Shown here: positions 38,237-46,445 of the stretch, piece after piece | Layout: the number at the start of each line of letters is the position of its first letter | How positions within the stretch are numbered: position 1 is the first letter of the stretch | Assembly (NCBI GenBank): GCA_964654465.1 | Contig: CAZZIO010000062.1 | Location: forward strand, 1 to 46,445 | Direction: 5' to 3' | From: an uncultured Dictyoglomota bacterium | GTDB lineage: Bacteria > Dictyoglomota > Dictyoglomia > Dictyoglomales > Dictyoglomaceae | Length of the DNA stretch: 46,445 nt | Program-made: the position numbers and the translations under genes | The notes under the pieces: model-generated | The model's database searches: none | What the model was told of the DNA's origin: nothing | Seen by the model: only the letters and a program-made list of their open reading frames with translations

Positions 38237-39706
38237 ATGACAACCAACCTTTTAGAAGATTTTTTAAAATCTCTTTCAATCAGTGTATATCCTTCCTCTT
38301 TAAGAAGAATTAATGAAAGTTTTTATATTTTTGTAGCAAAAACAAACAAGGAAAAAAGGGTTGGTTTTTTGACAGATTCTAATTCTTTCTACCTACAAGA
38401 TCCTTATTTTCCTGAGAATAAAAAGATAGAAGAACTTAACCTTTATGTAAATCTATATCCATTGAATTTTGACAATTACAAAAAAATTAATAATTTTATA
38501 AAAATATCTCCTTCCATATGTAAAAGAAAAACTTCCTTTGGTACTGGAGATAGATTAGGATTAGTAACCTCAGCTCAAATTTCTGCCCTAAAAGAATATA
38601 ATCTTTTCCCTATAGTTGCCCAACAATCCCCGAGAGAACTTATCAAAACCCATAGAGATTTTAAAGATGTACTGCTTAAAAGTGTATTAGGAATTTTGGA
38701 AGCAAATTATCAAGGAGAATATGGGGCAGACGCAGATCACATAAAAGATGAAAAATATCTTTTAGAAGCAATAGATGCTGGATACACTATGTATACCTTA
38801 GATATAAGTGATCTGATACAAAAAATATCCTCCCTTTCTCAAAAAGAATTAAAAGAAAAATTTGAAAAGATATCAGGTACCTCAAAAAAGATAATTGAAA
38901 AATATGCTGGCAGAAAAGTAAAGATCTCTGAAGACCAATACTTCGAACTTTCTTATGATGAACTTTGCAAATCTGCTATTATTTACGAAAATGCTATGCC
39001 CTTTATAGAAATGGTTTATGATATCCTAAGAAGTAAACTAACTGAATTTGATATAGAGATTTCCATTGATGAAGGAGAAAGGGATACCACTCCAGAAGAT
39101 CATGTATTTGTGGTTGAATACCTACATCAAAAGGGAATTGACTTCAAGAGTCTTGCTCCTAAATTTCCAGGTGAATTTCAAAAAGGAATTGATTATCAAG
39201 GCAATATAAAAGAGTTTGAAGAATCTCTTGTAAAACATTATACATTAGCTAAAAACTTGGAAGGATATAGATTAAGTCTACATTCAGGAAGCGATAAATT
39301 CAGTATTTATAAGATCTTTTATAAAATTACTCAGGAAAATTTCCATATCAAGACATCAGGTACCAGTTGGCTTGAGGCAGTTAAAGTAATAGCCAAATTT
39401 GAGCCAGATTTATTCTTAGAGCTATATAACATTGCTCTTGAAAGTTTAGAAGAAAGCAAAAAAGCTTATAAAGTAAATATTAAGAAGGAAGATTTTCCAA
39501 AGGAAATAAAAGAAGATCTATTAGCTTTTCTTTCCAAAAAAGAAGTAAGACAACTTTTCCATATATCATATGGAACTCTCTTGGAGGAGAAGAGGGAAGA
39601 GATATATTCCATATTAGATAAATATGAGGAAGATCATTATAAATTTGTATATGAAAATATAAAAAGACATCTTCAGGAACTTTTTGAGGAGGGAAAAAAT
39701 GTATAA
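38237..39706 (+). CDS. uxaE: Tagaturonate/fructuronate epimerase
   Basis: SFGTGDRLG, AQQSPREL..T.R, GADADH, EISIDE, LAPKFPGEFQKGIDY, SLHSGSDKF, HIKTSGTSWLEA. Confidence 0.92.
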   Translation: MTTNLLEDFLKSLSISVYPSSLRRINESFYIFVAKTNKEKRVGFLTDSNSFYLQDPYFPENKKIEELNLYVNLYPLNFDNYKKINNFIKISPSICKRKTSFGTGDRLGLVTSAQISALKEYNLFPIVAQQSPRELIKTHRDFKDVLLKSVLGILEANYQGEYGADADHIKDEKYLLEAIDAGYTMYTLDISDLIQKISSLSQKELKEKFEKISGTSKKIIEKYAGRKVKISEDQYFELSYDELCKSAIIYENAMPFIEMVYDILRSKLTEFDIEISIDEGERDTTPEDHVFVVEYLHQKGIDFKSLAPKFPGEFQKGIDYQGNIKEFEESLVKHYTLAKNLEGYRLSLHSGSDKFSIYKIFYKITQENFHIKTSGTSWLEAVKVIAKFEPDLFLELYNIALESLEESKKAYKVNIKKEDFPKEIKEDLLAFLSKKEVRQLFHISYGTLLEEKREEIYSILDKYEEDHYKFVYENIKRHLQELFEEGKNV

Positions 39707-40706
39707 AATAGCCATCGTTAATTCAAGTAGTTTTGGTAAATATTTTCCTGAACATATAGAAAGACTCAAAAAGATAGGTAACATAGAAAGATTCACCCTT
39801 CCTGGCGATATGCATGGTAAGGAATTGGCAGAAAAACTTATGGGATTTAATATTATTATAGCAAGTGTGACCCCATTTTATGATAGAGAATTCTTTGAAT
39901 ATAAAGATGAAACCCTACTTATAACGCGCCATGGTATAGGTTATAACAACATTGATATAAAAACTGCTACAGAGAAGGGAGTAATCGTAACTAAAGTACC
40001 AGGAGTAGTAGAAAGAGAAGCTGTAGCAGAAACAGCTATTGCCTTATTAATGGCGGTAATGAGGAAAATAAGAGAAGCATCTCTAAAAGCAAGAGAAGGT
40101 AAATGGGAAGAAAGGGCCAACTTTATAGGTTGGGAAATTAAAGATAAGACTGTAGGAATTATAGGATATGGAAATATTGGAAGTAGGGTAGGAGAAATCC
40201 TTAAAAATGGTTTTAATGCAAAAGTAATAGCTTATGACCCCAATATCCCAGATGAGAAATTAAAACAAATGTGGGTAGAGCCAGTATCCCTTGAAGAATT
40301 ATTAAGTAGATCAGATATTATCTCTCTTAATGCCTCTTTAAATGAAAAAAGTAGGTATATGATATCAGAGAAAGAATTTAATATGATGAAAAATGGAGTA
40401 ATTATAGTAAATACAGCAAGAGGAGAATTAATGGATGAAGAAGCATTGATTAAAGCTATAAAATCAGGAAAAGTTGCAGGAGTAGGCTTGGATGTAATGA
40501 AGGATGAACCACCAGATCCTCAAAATCCTCTCTTACATATGGATAATGTGGTAGTAACACCCCATATTGCTGCATATACTTATGAGTGCTTAAAAGGCAT
40601 GGGAGACAAAGTAGTTTTAGATGTAGAAAAAATAGTCAATAAAGAAATCCCTGATGAAATCATAAATAAAGATGTATTGGAGAAATTGCCATGGAGAAAG
40701 ATTTAG
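39699..40706 (+). CDS. D-isomer-specific 2-hydroxyacid dehydrogenase
   Basis: RHGIGYNNID, GYGNIG, VNTARG, LDV..EP, TPHIAA; GGAGG SD before ATG 39699. Confidence 0.9.
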   Translation: MYKIAIVNSSSFGKYFPEHIERLKKIGNIERFTLPGDMHGKELAEKLMGFNIIIASVTPFYDREFFEYKDETLLITRHGIGYNNIDIKTATEKGVIVTKVPGVVEREAVAETAIALLMAVMRKIREASLKAREGKWEERANFIGWEIKDKTVGIIGYGNIGSRVGEILKNGFNAKVIAYDPNIPDEKLKQMWVEPVSLEELLSRSDIISLNASLNEKSRYMISEKEFNMMKNGVIIVNTARGELMDEEALIKAIKSGKVAGVGLDVMKDEPPDPQNPLLHMDNVVVTPHIAAYTYECLKGMGDKVVLDVEKIVNKEIPDEIINKDVLEKLPWRKI

Positions 40707-42193
40707 TTTTAGCAGTAGATTTAGGAACTACAAATATAAAAAGTGGAATTATTGATAAGGAAGGTAGAATTTTAGCCCTTATACAAAAAGAATTACCTTT
40801 AGAAAAGGATGCTTTAGGAAAAGCAGAGCATAATCCAGAGACCATATTTAATATATTTGTAGAAGTAGTGAGAGAAATAGTAAAAGGTTTTGAAGAAAGA
40901 ATTAGTATCTTAATAACCTCTTCCTATATGTTTGGTCTTCTACCACTTAATAAAAACAAAAAGCCTCTCACAGGAATAATAACTCTCCTTGATACCCGAT
41001 CCAGAGAAATTTTTGATGAACTTTTAAGAGAGGTAGATTTTAAGGAGATATATAAAAGGACTGGTTGTCCCCCTCTTCTTTATTATCCCTTTGTAAGAAT
41101 ATATTGGTTAAAAAAGAAACATAGGGAAATTTTTGATTCTGCTAAATATTATTTAGGTTCTAAATCATTTCTCATATATAAACTCTTAGGAGAAGCCTAT
41201 ACAGAACCAAGTATAGATTCCTCAACTCAGCTTCTAAATATTCATACCCTAAACTGGGATCCTTATGTCTTAGATTTTTTAGGTATAAAAGAGGAAAACC
41301 TTCCCACTGTAGTTCCAGGAGATAAAATATTAGGTAAACTCCCCAAAGAGACCTTAGATCTTCTTGGTCTAAAAGGAGATGTACTTTTAGGAGTAGGACT
41401 TTATGATGGTGGTGCTGTAGGTACAGGGATAGGCGCATTAGCAGGAGATGGAATAGGAATAATAAATATTGGTACTACCGCCATGTTTAGAGTACCATAT
41501 CCTAAGGCTATCTTTGATAACCCAGAAAAAATGAGAATACAAGTACCTTATTTCTTTGATAATAAGTGGTTTCCAGGTGGAGGAATAAACAATGCAGGAA
41601 TTATTCTAAAATGGTTTAGAGACAATATGTTTAATATGAGTTATGAGGAGCAAACTAATATGACAAAAGATGTTGATTCTGATGACCTCTTCTTCCTTCC
41701 TTATCTTACAGGAGAAAGAAATCCAGACATAGGAAGCATAGCCTCAGGTGTTTTATTTGGACTTCGTCCCCATCACAATAAAGCCCATGTAATAAAGGCA
41801 GGTATGGAAGGAGTATCCTATATTATAAGGATGCTATATGAAACCTTAAAAGAATTAGGAATAGAGATAAAAGAAGTAAGGGCTGGTGGGGGTGGAGCAA
41901 GATCAGATACCTGGATGCAAACTCTTTCAAATATAATGGGTATGGATGTAGCTGTAGCAGATACCGATGAACCTGCTCTTTTAGGTTCAGCTATCTTAGG
42001 TTTCAAAATAATAGGAGAATATCCTTCATATAGATCAGCTACTGAAAAAATGGTAAGAATCAAAAAGATTTATAAACCAGAGGAAGAAAAGGTTGAATAT
42101 TATAAGAAAAGATTTGACTTTTTTGTATATCTTACCAAAAATTTAAAAGAAGCTTTTTCAATCCATACTCAATTAAAAAAGGGAGGTTCTTAA
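40691..42193 (+). CDS. gntK: FGGY-family gluconokinase
   Basis: DLGTTNIK, LPYLTGERNP, MEGV, GGGARS; lies directly upstream of gnd. Confidence 0.8.
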   Translation: MEKDLVLAVDLGTTNIKSGIIDKEGRILALIQKELPLEKDALGKAEHNPETIFNIFVEVVREIVKGFEERISILITSSYMFGLLPLNKNKKPLTGIITLLDTRSREIFDELLREVDFKEIYKRTGCPPLLYYPFVRIYWLKKKHREIFDSAKYYLGSKSFLIYKLLGEAYTEPSIDSSTQLLNIHTLNWDPYVLDFLGIKEENLPTVVPGDKILGKLPKETLDLLGLKGDVLLGVGLYDGGAVGTGIGALAGDGIGIINIGTTAMFRVPYPKAIFDNPEKMRIQVPYFFDNKWFPGGGINNAGIILKWFRDNMFNMSYEEQTNMTKDVDSDDLFFLPYLTGERNPDIGSIASGVLFGLRPHHNKAHVIKAGMEGVSYIIRMLYETLKELGIEIKEVRAGGGGARSDTWMQTLSNIMGMDVAVADTDEPALLGSAILGFKIIGEYPSYRSATEKMVRIKKIYKPEEEKVEYYKKRFDFFVYLTKNLKEAFSIHTQLKKGGS

Positions 42194-42194
42194 A

Positions 42195-43607
42195 ATGAAA
42201 AGTTTTGTGGGGCTTATAGGGCTTGCTGTAATGGGACAAAACCTTGCTTTAAACATAGCAAGAAAAGGATATACTGTGGCTGTTTATAACAGAACACTTG
42301 ATAAAACAGAGGAATTTATAAAAAACAGAGTAAAAGATGAAAAAATTTCTCCATATTATGACATAAAAAGTTTTGTAGAAGGAATAGAAAAACCAAGGAA
42401 AATAATTCTTATGGTAAAGGCAGGAAAACCAGTAGACGATGTTATAAATGAACTTCTTCCTTATTTAGAACCAGGAGATCTTATTATAGATGGAGGTAAC
42501 TCTCATTATAAAGATACTTCAAGAAGACTCCAAGAATTAAGAGGAAAAAATATTCTATTTTTAGGTATGGGGGTTTCAGGGGGAGAGTATGGAGCTTTAT
42601 ATGGTCCCTCTTTAATGCCTGGTGGGACAAAAGAAGCCTATAGTTTAGTAGAGGAAATGCTTCTCAAAATAGCAGCAAAAACTGAAGATGGTCCATGCTG
42701 TACATATGTAGGACATGATTCAGCAGGTCATTTTGTAAAAATGGTCCATAATGGAATTGAATATGCAATTATGCAGATCATTTCTGAAGTTTACGATATT
42801 ATGAGAAAAGGATTAAAGATGACATCAGAAGAAATAGGTGTCCTTTTTGAGGAATGGAATAAAGGAGAACTTAACTCATTTCTTATGGAAATCTCCTATA
42901 AGATTATGAGATACAAAGATCCAGAAACAGGAAGACCTTTGGTTGAGCTTATACTGGACAAAGCTGAGCAAAAAGGTACTGGAAAATGGACAGCTCAAAC
43001 TGCTTTAGATTTAGGTATACCAACCCCCACCTTAAATCTTGCTGTAGAAGGAAGAATCATCTCTCATTTTAAAGAAGTTAGAGTAAAACTATCTCAAATA
43101 GCCTATAAAGAGATGGAGAATATAGATTTAAATAAAACAGAGGTTATAAAAGATTTAGAAAAAACCTTACTTCTTGGAGTATTTATATCCTTCTCTCAAG
43201 GTCTTTGGCTAATTGACGAAGCCTCAAAAACCTTTGGGTACGAAATAGATCTATCTGAGGTGCTTAGAATATGGAAGGGTGGCTGTATAATTAGAGCAAA
43301 GATCTTAAATTTCTTAAGGGAAATAATAAAAGAAAATCCTGCTAATGCTAATCTATTACTATCTCCTTTGGCCATAGATTTTATAAAAGATAAAATTTCC
43401 TCAGTAAAAAGAATATCTCAAATTGGAAGATCTCTATCTATTCCTCTTCTTGCCATAAATTCTACTCTTGACTACTATTATGCTTTATCTTCTGAGAATC
43501 TTCCTGCCAACCTTATTCAAGCTCAAAGAGATTTCTTTGGAGCCCATACCTATGAACGAACAGATAAAGAAGGCATTTTCCATACTGAATGGGAAAAATT
43601 AGAATAG
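42195..43607 (+). CDS. gnd: 6-phosphogluconate dehydrogenase (decarboxylating, NADP+)
   Basis: GLAVMGQN, YNRT, MVKAG, DGGNS, GVSGGE, KMVHNGIEY, QKGTGKWT, GCIIRA, QAQRDFFGAHTY. Confidence 0.97.
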   Translation: MKSFVGLIGLAVMGQNLALNIARKGYTVAVYNRTLDKTEEFIKNRVKDEKISPYYDIKSFVEGIEKPRKIILMVKAGKPVDDVINELLPYLEPGDLIIDGGNSHYKDTSRRLQELRGKNILFLGMGVSGGEYGALYGPSLMPGGTKEAYSLVEEMLLKIAAKTEDGPCCTYVGHDSAGHFVKMVHNGIEYAIMQIISEVYDIMRKGLKMTSEEIGVLFEEWNKGELNSFLMEISYKIMRYKDPETGRPLVELILDKAEQKGTGKWTAQTALDLGIPTPTLNLAVEGRIISHFKEVRVKLSQIAYKEMENIDLNKTEVIKDLEKTLLLGVFISFSQGLWLIDEASKTFGYEIDLSEVLRIWKGGCIIRAKILNFLREIIKENPANANLLLSPLAIDFIKDKISSVKRISQIGRSLSIPLLAINSTLDYYYALSSENLPANLIQAQRDFFGAHTYERTDKEGIFHTEWEKLE

Positions 43608-43619
43608 GAGGTGAATAAA

Positions 43620-44450
43620 ATGGGTTATGTGGAAGAGCTTTTCAATATAAAAGATAAAGTAGCCTTTTTCACAGGTGGGGGAGGTATATTAGCCTCTGCC
43701 ATATCTGAGGGTTTAGGAAAAGCAGGAGCTAAAATTATACTTACAGATATCAATGAACAAGCTCTTATGAATCAGGTAGAGAAATTAAGAAGTATGGGGA
43801 TTACTGCAGAAGGATACATAATGAATGCCTTAGATAAAAAGAATGTGGAGGAAGTAGCCCAAAAAGTAAAAAGCACCTTTGGAAGAGTAGATATTCTTCT
43901 TAATGCTGCAGGAGGAAATATACCAGAAGCAGTTACATCTGATAAGGTAACTTTTTGGGATCTTCCAGTAGAATCAATACAAAAAGTTGTAAACATAAAC
44001 CTATTTGCAGGAGCTATAATTCCAAGTCAAGTCTTTGGTAAGATGATGTTAGAAAATCCAGATGGTGGAGTAATTATAAACTTTGCTTCCATGTCCTCTT
44101 TTAGACCTCTTACAAGGGTAGTAGGATATTCAGCTGCAAAAGCAGCAGTTGCAAACTTTACTCAGTGGCTTGCAGTATATGTAGCAAAAGAATTTTCTCC
44201 TAAGATCAGAGTCAATGCTATTGCCCCAGGTTTCCTTATCACAAATCAAAACAGATATTTACTTCTAAATGAAGATGGATCTTTAACTCCCCGTGGAAAA
44301 GCAGTAATAGATCATACACCAATGGGAAGATTTGGAGAGCCTGAAGAACTAATTGGCACAATTATTTGGCTTGCTTCTCCAGCCAGTTCCTTTGTAACAG
44401 GTGCAATAATCCCAATTGATGGTGGATTTAATGCTTTTTCAGGCGTATAA
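43620..44450 (+). CDS. SDR-family D-mannonate oxidoreductase / fructuronate reductase
   Basis: TGGGGIL, NAAGGN, RPLTRVVGYSAAKAA, NAIAPGF, TPMGRFG; GGAGGTG SD favours ATG 43620. Confidence 0.85.
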   Translation: MGYVEELFNIKDKVAFFTGGGGILASAISEGLGKAGAKIILTDINEQALMNQVEKLRSMGITAEGYIMNALDKKNVEEVAQKVKSTFGRVDILLNAAGGNIPEAVTSDKVTFWDLPVESIQKVVNINLFAGAIIPSQVFGKMMLENPDGGVIINFASMSSFRPLTRVVGYSAAKAAVANFTQWLAVYVAKEFSPKIRVNAIAPGFLITNQNRYLLLNEDGSLTPRGKAVIDHTPMGRFGEPEELIGTIIWLASPASSFVTGAIIPIDGGFNAFSGV

Positions 44451-44451
44451 A

Positions 44452-44481
44452 AAAGAGAGGAGCAAAGGCGCTCCTCTCTTT
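44452..44481. terminator. Bidirectional terminator
   Basis: AAAGAGAGGAGC/GCTCCTCTCTTT stem between convergent genes. Confidence 0.8.
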
Positions 44482-45916
44482 ACATTAAATATATAGGGTT
44501 TGTAAAGGCAAGAAGTTTATTTCCCTGCCAAAATTCTAAATACACGTAACCTTTATCTTCAAATCTTATTTGAAAAGCTCCTTTCTTTGTTTTAGGTATT
44601 TTAATAAATTCTTCTCCGTTGTATATAATCTTTACATCAGCTTCCTCTTCACAAGAGTACTTCAAAAAAATATCATCATCTATTCTTAAAGTCTCACCTA
44701 TATTTTTATCATTCATATAGAATTCTACTTTAGGTCCAGAAGTAACATATACTTTACCTTCCCTTACACTCCTTATAATATTTTCAAGGGTAAGACTATC
44801 TACATAAACATAATTTACAGGGGTATCATCTCTTATATCTTCTATTTTATGCATATCAGAACTTCCAATAGCCGTAACTTTACATCCCTCTTTTAAAATC
44901 CTTCTCCATTCTTTTATTCCCTCAGTAATTTCAAATTTTCTAAGACCAAAGGTACCTGTCCATACCTCCATGGCATCCACGTAATCATAATCTATAGATA
45001 TTTCACATCTACAACCAGGACATATGGGATAAGATAGAGTAAAAGGATGGGCAATACAGAAGATTCCCTCTTGATAATGTACCTTCTCAGCTAATCTTCT
45101 TATCCCCACATCAGGATTTACAAGATCCCAAGAGATATAATCACAGATTCCAAGACCTAAAAAATGTCCCCAAAAAGTAGTAAACTCTATACCTCCAAAT
45201 ATAGGGTATCCTTCATCCTCTATAGTGTGATATCCTGAAATTTTATTATGATCAGTTAAAAAAATAAAATCCAATCCTCTTTTAATGCTAAATTTAACAA
45301 GCTCTTCTATAGAAAGGGCACCATCACTATGGTTAGAATGAAGATGAAAATCCCCTTTTACCCAACCTTCTTTACTTTCCCATTCACGCAAAACAGAAGT
45401 ATAAGGAAGAATAGGATCAGCTATTTTTGTATTATTCTCCCTATTCAAAAAGACCACTACATTTAATATACATCTTTTTAAAATCTGCTTTACTTCTAAT
45501 ATTAATTTCCACTCTCCTGGGGGAATCTCACCTGTAACACAACCAAGAGTACTTTCCTCTACTCCTATCTTAATCGGAATACCTTTCGTAAATCTATTAT
45601 CACCTGTACCTCTAAATTTCCCCTCTGAATCAATAATCCTCAAATTAACTATGTTCTTTAAAGGAGAAAACTCTCTCCATATTTTCTCTAAAATCTGATT
45701 ATTCTTTACATCTAATGGTTCAAATCCTTGTGATACATATTTCTTAAGAGCATCAATAATGGGCCTTTTAGATTCCTCATAGGATATACTTTCTGGTTCT
45801 AAAATTCCTTTTATTACAATCTCTTTTATTCCATCAGGGATTTCTATGTCTATAGGGATAAGCTTCTTAGAGTCTTCAGGATAAAGCTCTATATTAAAAT
45901 GAAATTCATTACTCAT
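44480..45916 (-). CDS. PHP-domain metallohydrolase (CehA/McbA-like)
   Basis: GDFHLHSNHSDG, TDHN, GIEFTTFWGH, AHP, GSSDMH, GKVYVTSGP. Confidence 0.85.
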   Translation of the reverse strand: MSNEFHFNIELYPEDSKKLIPIDIEIPDGIKEIVIKGILEPESISYEESKRPIIDALKKYVSQGFEPLDVKNNQILEKIWREFSPLKNIVNLRIIDSEGKFRGTGDNRFTKGIPIKIGVEESTLGCVTGEIPPGEWKLILEVKQILKRCILNVVVFLNRENNTKIADPILPYTSVLREWESKEGWVKGDFHLHSNHSDGALSIEELVKFSIKRGLDFIFLTDHNKISGYHTIEDEGYPIFGGIEFTTFWGHFLGLGICDYISWDLVNPDVGIRRLAEKVHYQEGIFCIAHPFTLSYPICPGCRCEISIDYDYVDAMEVWTGTFGLRKFEITEGIKEWRRILKEGCKVTAIGSSDMHKIEDIRDDTPVNYVYVDSLTLENIIRSVREGKVYVTSGPKVEFYMNDKNIGETLRIDDDIFLKYSCEEEADVKIIYNGEEFIKIPKTKKGAFQIRFEDKGYVYLEFWQGNKLLAFTNPIYLM

Positions 45917-46004
45917 ATCCTCATATATCCCCCTTTATGAATGGTATTATACCTTAAATATTTTTATGTTAAAATACTTTATATTGAGAGATGGGAGGTA
46001 ACTA

Positions 46005-46445
46005 ATGAGTAATAAAGAGGTGAGTTATTTTAAAATTTTTCTTCTTGGTTTTGGATTCCTATCCATTTCTCTCCTATGGGCTATTTATAACTCTGACATT
46101 CCCATCATACTTCAGAAAACCTATAAGCTTTCAAGCTTTGTTGTAGGATGGATAATGAATCTTGATAATATCCTTGCTATCTTACTTATACCATTAATAG
46201 GGGCATTATCCGATAGAACCGTTACTAAAATTGGTAAAAGGATGCCATATATTATAAGCTCTCTTCCATTAGGAGCTATATTATTTGCCCTAATTCCTTG
46301 GATTCCTCTTGTATGGGGAATAAATACTGCTTCCTTGCTTCTGACCATTCTTGTAATTTTCTTAATGAATATTGCACAAGGAATAGGAAGAGGTCCTGTA
46401 ATATCTTTAATGCCTGATCTGGTACCTCCTGAGGAAAGATCTCCT
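46005..46445 (+). CDS. MFS (GPH/SLC45-like) sugar transporter, 3'-truncated (not in ORF track)
   Basis: Manual translation MSNKEVSYFKIFLLGFGFLSISLLWAIYN...GALSDRTVTKIGKRMPY...LMPDLVP; GGGAGG SD. Confidence 0.88.
   Translation, partial: MSNKEVSYFKIFLLGFGFLSISLLWAIYNSDIPIILQKTYKLSSFVVGWIMNLDNILAILLIPLIGALSDRTVTKIGKRMPYIISSLPLGAILFALIPWIPLVWGINTASLLLTILVIFLMNIAQGIGRGPVISLMPDLVPPEERSP

Overview
AT-rich bacterial chromosomal window whose gene content and sequence style suggest a thermophilic anaerobe, probably Dictyoglomus-like (inference). It encodes a lipoprotein/histidine kinase/response regulator unit, GT2/GT4/O-antigen-ligase genes, a LacI-controlled Opp-family sugar ABC importer with a GH4 glycosidase, a TIGR03492-like protein and a GH106-like hydrolase. 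It also holds an adh / cytidylate-kinase-like::PD-(D/E)XK nuclease fusion / hpt operon, PadR with a divergent Ste24 protease, nadE, tkt, hisK-like PHP-tldD-pmbA, hsp20, an O-antigen-ligase pseudogene, glnA, a chrA pair, a uxaE-2HADH-gntK-gnd-SDR hexuronate operon, a PHP hydrolase and a partial MFS transporter. I saw no rRNA, tRNA, CRISPR array or transposase. The most notable items are the kinase-like/nuclease fusion beside hpt, two tandem PATAN/DUF4388-like paralogues (one coupled to an orphan membrane-sensor-like protein), a shared TATAT-N11-ATATA repeat at the padR and hsp20 promoters, a variant hexuronate-to-gluconate pathway, repeated leaderless promoter architecture and an unannotated 36-aa membrane peptide. 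All family assignments come from motif recognition, not database searches.
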